A DNA stretch of 64,000 bases. It comes from a virus (taxonomy: Duplodnaviria > Caudoviricetes). A program made the position numbers and the translations under genes. The notes below the pieces were generated by a model, which was not told where the DNA came from, made no database searches, and saw nothing but the letters and a program-made list of their open reading frames with translations. The stretch covers positions 11,107-75,106 of IMG/VR virus record IMGVR_UViG_3300010356_000549; one strand, 5' to 3'. Shown in pieces: positions 17,174 through 24,317 of this stretch (position 1 is its first letter; each line of letters begins with the position of its first letter).

Positions 17174-17443
17174 ATGACCATTATACGTTGCAAACTAACA
17201 GGGGTGGAAATAGCCTTGGGGGGCACTACTCCCACCGTCCATACCCAATCCGAGTATCCCGCCTCAACACAGGCAGCCTATGAAACGTGCCTGCTTGCTC
17301 TCAACCTACTCAGCCCGGAACTGGCGGGGTGGATGGACTGCGAAGGGCTCCTCGCCGACTACCTCATTGAGAAATTTGATTTTGAGATGGTTTCAAGGCC
17401 GGAGCAAGAGCTGGATGCGGCAGGTCGTCAGCGGGTTAATTAG
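17174..17443 (+). CDS. Small acidic hypothetical protein, candidate immunity protein for the MuF peptidase
   Basis: 89 aa, own promoter, immediately downstream of the MuF fusion; the function call is positional only. Confidence 0.6.
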   Translation: MTIIRCKLTGVEIALGGTTPTVHTQSEYPASTQAAYETCLLALNLLSPELAGWMDCEGLLADYLIEKFDFEMVSRPEQELDAAGRQRVN

Positions 17444-17447
17444 AAAA

Positions 17448-17465
17448 TTTGCACGATCTTGCAAA
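17448..17465 (+). repeat. 18-bp dispersed motif, copy 2
   Basis: Exact TTTGCACGATCTTGCAAA, intergenic, before the prohead protease. Confidence 0.95.
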
Positions 17466-17484
17466 CTGTGGTAATTCTTACCAC

Positions 17485-18318
17485 ATGATAAAAATCAAGA
17501 CGGAAGCAAAGAAGAAAAAGGCGGCTATCAACCTAACCGGGAAGATGGTCCTATGGAACCCCAAACACCCCAACTCTCAGGCCATCGCGGGGATCGTTCG
17601 GAGCCAGTCCGGGAAGACGGTTGAGGTGGATTTGGCAGTCCCCAACTCGGAGGGACTACTGGTGGTTGCCCGAGGCGCAACCGTTACCCTACACCGTGAA
17701 GACGTGGCCCAGTTTGGGGGCGTCTATCAGGATGGCCGGGATGTCAAGCTGTGGGAGAGCAATCAGCCCATCTCCGACGTAAAGCAGGCCACTGAGGTCA
17801 AGAGGGACAACGTCGTGGTGGATTACCGGGGAGTGTCCTTTGAGGGCTTCGGCTCCACCTTCGGGAGCGTGACCAACCGGGACCGGGATCAGGACTACGT
17901 GATGCCGGGGGCTTTTGACAAGTCCATCCGCCGATTCAAGGAGAACCCGGTGATGCTGATTAACCACACCCGGCAAGTGATAAGCCTGATGGGGCATTAC
18001 TCCAAACTTTCAGTCGTGCAAACGGGCTTGGCGGTGCGGGGGGAAGTCACCGACTCACCACACCCCGACGCGGTGCATACCCGCTTTCAAATCGTAGAGG
18101 GGTCACTTAAAACCCTGTCTATCGGGGGGATATTTTTCTATGCGGAGGACTTCAAAGGGATCAAGGAGGTGGACCTCCACGAGGTATCGCTGGTGGTTAT
18201 TCCGGCCAACCCGGACGCCACGGTGCAGGTTAGGTCGTTGAGCGAATCCATCGCCGAGTCCATATTCCGGGAGCACGCCAAGCGATTCGGGGGCGAGGTT
18301 CGTCATAAAAATTCTTGA
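17485..18318 (+). CDS. HK97-family prohead protease with N-terminal extension (start revised to ATG 17485)
   Basis: FEGFGSTF...DRDQD.VMPGAF...MLINH...LSIG...EVSLVVIPANPDA. Confidence 0.92.
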   Translation: MIKIKTEAKKKKAAINLTGKMVLWNPKHPNSQAIAGIVRSQSGKTVEVDLAVPNSEGLLVVARGATVTLHREDVAQFGGVYQDGRDVKLWESNQPISDVKQATEVKRDNVVVDYRGVSFEGFGSTFGSVTNRDRDQDYVMPGAFDKSIRRFKENPVMLINHTRQVISLMGHYSKLSVVQTGLAVRGEVTDSPHPDAVHTRFQIVEGSLKTLSIGGIFFYAEDFKGIKEVDLHEVSLVVIPANPDATVQVRSLSESIAESIFREHAKRFGGEVRHKNS

Positions 18319-18434
18319 CTTAACCGGAAATCCTGCGAAAAATTGTTTCAAATGAATTTCCCCTTCAAGGCGGTCACTGCAAAATGTGGTGCGGCCAGCG
18401 GAAACCAACCAATAGTAATCATAATCATACAAGA

Positions 18435-20153
18435 ATGAAATTCACCATTAAACAAAAGATGCGGTTGGCCGAGCTGTCTAACAGCGCCACGTTGACCGAT
18501 GCCGAGAAAACCGAACTGACCGAGCTTACCGATGCGTGTAAGGCGGCTGGTTTAACCCCTGCCACCGTCGTGAAGGAATTCACCGAGGCAGACGACGACG
18601 CGGAGGAAGGTATCTCTGAGGAGAAACTTGCTGCGCTTATCACCAAGGCGGTCACTGCGGCCATCCCTGCCAATAGCGGGGTGGACTCTGCGAAGTTGAT
18701 CGCCGAAATTCAAAAGGCTGCCGCCTCCCAAAAGGGCGAGGGTCTTACTGCCGATCAGGTCGAGAAGATCATGATCAAGCATATCGGAGGAACCAGCATC
18801 GACAAGGATGCGTTGGTGCTGGCCATTAAGGCGGCTATGCCTGAGGAAAAAGGGGTCACCCAAAAGGAGCTTTTGGCTACCCTTGATAAGTTTGCGGCCT
18901 CTATCAAGACGCCTTCCCGCAATGAGTTCGAGGTTGAGTATGCCCGCGACTTCCCGTTCGAGCACCGCAACCAGAATATGACCGTGGCGGAAAAGCAGCT
19001 TGCCAACGTCTGTCTCCACCACGTCTCTGACGAGCGCAAGGCGGACATGAAGGCTGCCAAGCAACACGTCCCGACCGGGATGAACGACGGAATCAGCGAT
19101 GAGCAACTTGCCTATGCTGCCCGCAAAGGGGCTGCGGCTTGGAAGGCGGCTCGCAACGCTCGCATCTATGGCGGGAAAACCCTGACCACTACTGGTTCGG
19201 GATCGGGCGCTGACCTCATTCCTTCGGACTTGAGTTCGGACCTGATGATGAGGATGTATCTGGAGTCCCAGCTTGCCAGCGAAATGCAGGCCAGCGAGAT
19301 CGAGATGCCCACTCCCGTCTTCAAGTTCCCGCTCACCACGACTCGCCCTAACTTCTATGTGGGCAGCGAGAATCCGGGGAGCGACCCTACCTCTTCGGAG
19401 CCGGGCACCGACTCGATCACGCTGGATTCCAAAAAGTTGATTGGTATGTCTGAATACAGCTACGAGGCTGACGAGGACGCCATCATCGCAATCCTGCCTA
19501 TGCTCCAGGAGTCGCTGGCTGCGGGCGCGGCTGACGCGTACGAGGGCGCGTTGATCAACGGTGACACCACCGGGACGCACCAAGACTCCGATATCCATGC
19601 GGTGTCCGGTCACCACGCGAAACTGTTCAAGGGCTTGCGGAAGTATGCCATTGCTGGTTCGCTGACCAAGGACATTTCCACCGGGAAAATCAACGCCACG
19701 AACATCATCGCCATGCGGAAGATGCTCAAGCGTTGGGGTGTCAAACCACGCGACTTGATGTTGCTGGTCGGACCTCAGGGCTACAACGATTTGATCGGCC
19801 TTGAAGAAACCCTTACCTTCGAGAAAGTCGGCAACCCTGCCGCTGCTCGAATCCTTACTGGTGAGGCTGGCTCCATCATGGGGATTCGCATCGTGGTTTC
19901 CGCTCAGGTTCGTGAGGACTTGAACGCATCCGGGGTGTATGATGGGACCACGATGACCAAGGGCAGCGTCCTTTTGGTTCACCGCCCATCTTGGATCAGC
20001 GGTGTGCGCCGGGGCTTTACCGTTGAGGTCGACGTTGACCGCAAGCGTCAGGTCAACTCTGTGGTGGCCAGTTTCCGCCGGGCGTTCGTGCCTAAGGAGA
20101 CGCCGAGCACGACTCTGCCCTCTGTGGTTCTCGGCTACAACTATGCTGTTTAA
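18435..20153 (+). CDS. Major capsid protein, HK97 fold, with long N-terminal scaffold/delta region (start revised to ATG 18435)
   Basis: Position after the protease; G..LIP..L....M, ITLDSKKL, EAD EDAIIAI, LINGDT; followed by a strong terminator. Confidence 0.9.
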   Translation: MKFTIKQKMRLAELSNSATLTDAEKTELTELTDACKAAGLTPATVVKEFTEADDDAEEGISEEKLAALITKAVTAAIPANSGVDSAKLIAEIQKAAASQKGEGLTADQVEKIMIKHIGGTSIDKDALVLAIKAAMPEEKGVTQKELLATLDKFAASIKTPSRNEFEVEYARDFPFEHRNQNMTVAEKQLANVCLHHVSDERKADMKAAKQHVPTGMNDGISDEQLAYAARKGAAAWKAARNARIYGGKTLTTTGSGSGADLIPSDLSSDLMMRMYLESQLASEMQASEIEMPTPVFKFPLTTTRPNFYVGSENPGSDPTSSEPGTDSITLDSKKLIGMSEYSYEADEDAIIAILPMLQESLAAGAADAYEGALINGDTTGTHQDSDIHAVSGHHAKLFKGLRKYAIAGSLTKDISTGKINATNIIAMRKMLKRWGVKPRDLMLLVGPQGYNDLIGLEETLTFEKVGNPAAARILTGEAGSIMGIRIVVSAQVREDLNASGVYDGTTMTKGSVLLVHRPSWISGVRRGFTVEVDVDRKRQVNSVVASFRRAFVPKETPSTTLPSVVLGYNYAV

Positions 20154-20186
20154 CCCCTGGTTAATCTGGTAATTGAGTAGATGGTC

Positions 20187-20222
20187 AGCCCGCTCTGGAT
20201 ACGTCCAGGGCGGGCTTTTTTT
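20187..20222 (+). terminator. Rho-independent terminator after the capsid gene
   Basis: 13-bp stem AGCCCGCTCTGGA / TCCAGGGCGGGCT, UACG (UNCG) loop, T-tract. Confidence 0.9.
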
Positions 20223-20237
20223 GCACGATCTTGCAAA
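20220..20237 (+). repeat. 18-bp dispersed motif, copy 3
   Basis: Exact; overlaps the terminator T-tract and ends 11 nt upstream of the next -35. Confidence 0.95.
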
Positions 20238-20248
20238 AATTATTGCCC

Positions 20249-20277
20249 TTGCGTATTAGCGCAGGCGGCTGTATCAT
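20249..20277 (+). promoter_or_regulatory. Sigma70-like promoter
   Basis: TTGCGT-17-TATCAT; ATG at 20290. Confidence 0.65.
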
Positions 20278-20289
20278 CCTGAACATAAT

Positions 20290-20790
20290 ATGCGAAGGGT
20301 AAAATACGAGGGCAAAGCAAGCAACATTGGCAGATTCGGGAACGTCAAAAAAGGAGACGTGCTGGAGCTGACCGAGATGGAGTGGTCTGACATACGGGCA
20401 GAGGCTCATTTTCAGCTAATCGACCAACCCCTATCCAAAGAGGAGCGTGAAATCGCGGCACGCATTGCCCCGTGGGGGAACGGCTATTTTGACCTGAGGA
20501 CTATCCCATGGGAAAACCCCAACCTTCCCCGGCAACTACTGGCGAGAGCACCCAAAACGCGGCTGGTCAGCATTCTGGACGCGGTTAAGCAAAACGGGGG
20601 CACCGTGGCGGAGGGCTACCGGGAAATGGGGGAGAGGCTATGGCTGGTTGACGCGGTGATGGCTGCGGCTACCTTACACGGCTGGACAGAGCTGACGATG
20701 GAGCAGAGGACAAACCTGCCGACTTTCGAGGAAAGAAAAACCAATACAACAACCGACCTGCCCGCAACTCGGGACAGGCGCAAAAAATAA
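20290..20790 (+). CDS. Hypothetical protein (head region)
   Basis: 166-aa ORF with promoter and A-rich leader. Confidence 0.7.
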   Translation: MRRVKYEGKASNIGRFGNVKKGDVLELTEMEWSDIRAEAHFQLIDQPLSKEEREIAARIAPWGNGYFDLRTIPWENPNLPRQLLARAPKTRLVSILDAVKQNGGTVAEGYREMGERLWLVDAVMAAATLHGWTELTMEQRTNLPTFEERKTNTTTDLPATRDRRKK

Positions 20791-20794
20791 ACAA

Positions 20795-21061
20795 ATGATA
20801 ACAAAGCAAATGATCAGAGCGGCGGCCCAAGCCACGCCTCAAGGAAGAGCAAGTGACACCTACGTGGAAAACGTCGTGGCCCAGTATGAGACACTTGACG
20901 AGCCAGGGAGGCAACGCCTTCATAACAGCCTAACCGGGGTAACGGTGGCCACCAAGGAGGGGGAAGTCGCCAAGGTGGGGGGTAAAACCTCCAAGTTGGA
21001 CAAGAAATTCGACGACAAGGTGGAGAAGCCGGGGGATACCAAAGGGGGGGTGACCGATTAA
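20795..21061 (+). CDS. Hypothetical protein (head region)
   Basis: 88-aa ORF, A-rich leader. Confidence 0.65.
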   Translation: MITKQMIRAAAQATPQGRASDTYVENVVAQYETLDEPGRQRLHNSLTGVTVATKEGEVAKVGGKTSKLDKKFDDKVEKPGDTKGGVTD

Positions 21062-21668
21062 TCCCTATTGCACAGTTGAGGACATTCAGCGGGAGACGCG
21101 CAACCGGGAAGCAGAAAACACCGTCTGGTTCGCCGAGTGCGCTTCCCGCGCATCCCGTTGGATCGACACCCACTGTGGGCGGGACTTCCTATTCCATGAC
21201 CACGCAGAGGGCGAGGCTCCCTATGAGGTGCCACGGAAGTATGTGCTGGCTAATGAGGTGTTTCTCCCTATCCCCATCATCACCCTGACGGGGCTGTGGG
21301 TTACCGAGGAGACCGCACCTGTGGAGGCGGATAAATTTGACCCGGAGGACTACTATTTCTCACTGCCTAACGCCAGTCACCGGGCGCGGATCGACACGCT
21401 GGGCACCTTTGGGCCTTATCCGTTTCGCTTGAATATGTTTCTGGAGGGCACCTTCGGATATGAGGTGGAGGATGAAACGTCACCGCCTAGCGGGATACCG
21501 GAAAACGTGAGGCGGGCTACCGTCCTATTGGCTGCTGCGTGGTCAGTGGAGAAGCGGTTGGAGAGCGTGGCACTGGACGGCTCAAGGGCTGAGGTGCTGG
21601 ACACGGGGATTCCCAGGGAGGTGTTTGACCTCATCAAACGATTCAGAATCAGAAACGACGAAATCTAA
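21057..21668 (+). CDS. Head-tail connector/adaptor (gp6/gp15-like), apparently starting at ATT 21057
   Basis: The called ORF (21228) extends in frame to ATT-AAT-CCC-TAT-TGC-ACA-GTT-GAG-GAC-ATT = (M)NPYCTVEDI...ASRWIDTHCGRDF, typical of connector N-termini; C-terminal GIPENVRRATVLLAA...IP.EV.DLI..FR. Confidence 0.7.
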   Translation: MNPYCTVEDIQRETRNREAENTVWFAECASRASRWIDTHCGRDFLFHDHAEGEAPYEVPRKYVLANEVFLPIPIITLTGLWVTEETAPVEADKFDPEDYYFSLPNASHRARIDTLGTFGPYPFRLNMFLEGTFGYEVEDETSPPSGIPENVRRATVLLAAAWSVEKRLESVALDGSRAEVLDTGIPREVFDLIKRFRIRNDEI

Positions 21669-22168
21669 TGGCACAGCTTGTCCTAGTCGCCCAAACCGGG
21701 CCAGCCAAGAGGCTGATAAAAAAACTTCACCGCAACCTGACACCTGAATCTATGGACAGGGTGGTCAGGGTGAGCGCTTTTAAGATTCATGCGAAGCTGG
21801 TCGTTGCCACCCCTAAAAGGTGGACCGGGCAAACGCGGAGAGGATGGACCGTTACCTTTGCAGGCGCGAGCCACTACGCGATATGGAACCGATCAAAGGT
21901 AATGCTGTGGCTGGAGAAGGGCACCCCTGCCAGAGGACCAGTCCGGGCGAAGGCGCTGTTTATCCCCCTTAACCGGAAGATGGCTCTGGCCGGGCCGAAG
22001 GCGTTGAAGAACCCCAATCATCGTTTCATCTACGGGGTGGACTACATCCTAAGGAAGTCAGTGAAGGGAGCCAAGGCGATGCACATCGTCAGAAACTTTC
22101 TGCCTACTGGCGAAAAGATTCTATTCGCTGAGATGCGGAGCTTCATCAGAGAAATTGCTTCATCATAA
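21668..22168 (+). CDS. HK97 gp10-like neck/tail-completion protein
   Basis: ATPKRWTGQTRRGW...YAIW...LEKGT...KALF. Confidence 0.75.
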   Translation: MAQLVLVAQTGPAKRLIKKLHRNLTPESMDRVVRVSAFKIHAKLVVATPKRWTGQTRRGWTVTFAGASHYAIWNRSKVMLWLEKGTPARGPVRAKALFIPLNRKMALAGPKALKNPNHRFIYGVDYILRKSVKGAKAMHIVRNFLPTGEKILFAEMRSFIREIASS

Positions 22169-22169
22169 T

Positions 22170-22715
22170 ATGGCTACCGTTTACAACTGCACAATGGCCA
22201 CCGCTGCCGCCTGGGTATTGAATGAGAGGATCATTCACCACTCCCAATCGGGCGGCTTGCTGGAGGGTCTTAAATTTGACAAGGAGGGCACCTACGACGT
22301 GGACGGGGAATCAGACCTGCCTTTGCTCCAACCGTTGGCGGTTAGCTTGACCGAAAAAGTTGGGCCGGGCTTCGGGGCTTCGGGGGCGCAGGGGAAGAAT
22401 GGCACCATATCCCCGACGTGGACAATGACCTACCGTTTGGCAACGTCTCGCAGGCGGCTTTTGTTTAGGCGCAACCCTGATGTGATATCGGAGCCGAAGG
22501 GCTTCATGGAATGGGCCTGTGCCATCATCGACGCCATGGAGATAAATCAAGACGGGGCGCTCGACGCCGGGCTGGAGGGCTCCATTGAGTCCCCGATGCT
22601 TGTAAATATCGGGGAGAACACCGCCTCGCAACTATCCTTTCAGGGCATCATGCAGGTGGTTCTCCATACCAAAAACCATTGCCGAGGGGAGCGTTCCTTC
22701 ACTCTCCCGGAGTAA
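22170..22715 (+). CDS. Putative tail terminator protein
   Basis: Position between the gp10-like gene and the putative tail tube gene; start revised to ATG 22170. Confidence 0.5.
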   Translation: MATVYNCTMATAAAWVLNERIIHHSQSGGLLEGLKFDKEGTYDVDGESDLPLLQPLAVSLTEKVGPGFGASGAQGKNGTISPTWTMTYRLATSRRRLLFRRNPDVISEPKGFMEWACAIIDAMEINQDGALDAGLEGSIESPMLVNIGENTASQLSFQGIMQVVLHTKNHCRGERSFTLPE

Positions 22716-22793
22716 TGGAGGGGCCATCAAATTACATTTGACATAACGGTCTGCTATGTCATCGTTTATCAACTTAAATTTTAATAAAAACAA

Positions 22794-23141
22794 ATGGCTT
22801 GCGGAACAGTAGTTGGAGCATCGTTGGAGTTTGGGATTGCGGCGGATGAGGCTTCGCTGACTACCCAAACTGTATCTGTCACGAACAAGAAGGACAAAAA
22901 GGAGGCGCGGGACAAGTGTGGCATTATCGTTGCCGTCTCGTTCTACAATGCGACTTCTGAGATTTCAATTGACGGTCTTGGGACCGCTGCGAACTCAGTG
23001 GGCACCGCGCTCTCTTTGAGTGGAACATACCTAACCTTAGCGGGGGCTACCTTTGTTGATGAGGTAGGGGTGGTCAAAACCAACGACGACTTTGTGAAGT
23101 CTTCGATCAAGGCCACCAGCTATGCTGGCATCTCTGTGTAA
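22794..23141 (+). CDS. Putative major tail (tube) protein
   Basis: Small, beta-rich, Thr/Ser/Gly-rich; long A/T-rich leader; followed by a stem-loop; upstream of chaperone and tape measure genes. Confidence 0.5.
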   Translation: MACGTVVGASLEFGIAADEASLTTQTVSVTNKKDKKEARDKCGIIVAVSFYNATSEISIDGLGTAANSVGTALSLSGTYLTLAGATFVDEVGVVKTNDDFVKSSIKATSYAGISV

Positions 23142-23153
23142 ACCCTTAACCCG

Positions 23154-23183
23154 TCTCCCACGGATTAAACGAGCCGTGGGAGA
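23154..23183 (+). other. Stem-loop after the tail tube gene (no T-tract; mRNA stabiliser or weak terminator)
   Basis: 10-bp perfect inverted repeat TCTCCCACGG / CCGTGGGAGA. Confidence 0.6.
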
Positions 23184-23192
23184 GCCATTCTT

Positions 23193-23675
23193 ATGGATTC
23201 AAAAACCAACCCGGTCCAACCGGGTCACGACAACCAACATATTGCCAAGGATTCGCTGGTCATTCATGTGACCAATATCGACCTGGCAATCTGCCTGATA
23301 AGCGTGGGCATACCCCTACGGGATGACCCTCCATTCACCCACATTCGGCTGCTGAATGGTGAGGAGCGCTTCATCTTCAATTTCCACTCTGCCTCTGAGG
23401 ATGGCACGGAGAACACCGGGAAGCTGATTCAGGCGTTTCGCGAGGATGCGAAGTTCATATCCGAGAACCCCACGCACCCCTTCACCTTCGCCATGTGTGC
23501 CCTTAAGAACCGGGAGCGCTTCCGCGAGGTTCTGAGCAAGAGCAAGCCCTGGGTGGCCTTTCGCAATTCCAGGGGGGGTAAGGCGAATTTATTGGTCGTT
23601 GAGGGGTCAAGGAAACACCAGCAATGTATCAGAAAAGGTATGGTGAGGACAGACCCTTACCGCAAAGATAAATAA
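23193..23675 (+). CDS. Hypothetical protein (tail region)
   Basis: 160-aa ORF tightly packed in the tail operon. Confidence 0.7.
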   Translation: MDSKTNPVQPGHDNQHIAKDSLVIHVTNIDLAICLISVGIPLRDDPPFTHIRLLNGEERFIFNFHSASEDGTENTGKLIQAFREDAKFISENPTHPFTFAMCALKNRERFREVLSKSKPWVAFRNSRGGKANLLVVEGSRKHQQCIRKGMVRTDPYRKDK

Positions 23676-23676
23676 C

Positions 23677-24123
23677 ATGAGTATGCTAGACGATGAACTA
23701 ACTAAGAAGGCGGCTGAGGCCGAAAAATCCATGATAGACTCGCACGCGGGAGGAGGCGTAGAGCTGCTGGGGATGCACATGAGGCCAGTCACCTTGGGCT
23801 CTTTGGTCATGCTAATGCAGGTCGGCTCTGAGCTGATTCGGGGGGTGCCTATCTCCCAATGCCGAAACATCCTAATGGATTGTTGTGTGTTTATACGGCT
23901 CCACACTCTCTCGTTCAAGCAAGCCGTCAAACTGACGCGGAACAAGGCTGCTCTGGAAGACGCGGCATTAGAGCTTGCGGAGAAGTTGAGTCCCGCTGAT
24001 GTAGGGGCTATTATTGATGCGGTCACCCTAATGATCAAAAAGGCCACCGAGACGCAGGTGGAGCCTATTCTTGAGGATTCCCTTATGGGCACCCGCGACG
24101 ATGACGTGCTGGGGGAGACCTAA
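23677..24123 (+). CDS. Tail assembly chaperone (G-like)
   Basis: Helical 148-aa protein two genes upstream of the tape measure gene, ending in a G-run. Confidence 0.7.
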   Translation: MSMLDDELTKKAAEAEKSMIDSHAGGGVELLGMHMRPVTLGSLVMLMQVGSELIRGVPISQCRNILMDCCVFIRLHTLSFKQAVKLTRNKAALEDAALELAEKLSPADVGAIIDAVTLMIKKATETQVEPILEDSLMGTRDDDVLGET

Positions 24124-24308
24124 GACCGCACTGGGTTACCCGACTCTGTGCCGTCGTATCTCTAGTTTCAGGGGAGAGTGCTCATTACATACTTAGGAAG
24201 ATGCCTCTGCGCATCGCCTATGATTTTGAGCACATTTTTTACAGGCGGGAGGGGTATAAGGTTACCACGCCGGGGGGCGGCGATTGTGAAATTCACAGAA
24301 TGAGGTAA
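24111..24308 (+). CDS. -1 frameshift extension of the tail assembly chaperone (GT-like product 23677-24308)
   Basis: GGGGG at 24111-24115. The -1 frame is open to TAA 24306-24308: GGDLRPHWVTRLCAVVSLVSGESAHYILRKMPLRIAYDFEHIFYRREG... Confidence 0.65.
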   Translation, partial: GGDLRPHWVTRLCAVVSLVSGESAHYILRKMPLRIAYDFEHIFYRREGYKVTTPGGGDCEIHRMR

Positions 24309-24311
24309 TAT
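24284..24311 (+). promoter_or_regulatory. Possible sigma70-like promoter for the tape measure gene, leaderless
   Basis: TTGTGA-16-TAATAT, ATG 24318 six nt later; the -35 overlaps palindrome TGTGAA-A-TTCACA. Confidence 0.4.
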
Positions 24312-24317
24312 GGGGGC

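Noticed and set aside
18552-19982. 476-aa minus-strand ORF
   Set aside because: Antisense shadow of the capsid gene, explained by its codon bias; no recognisable motifs, promoter or start context
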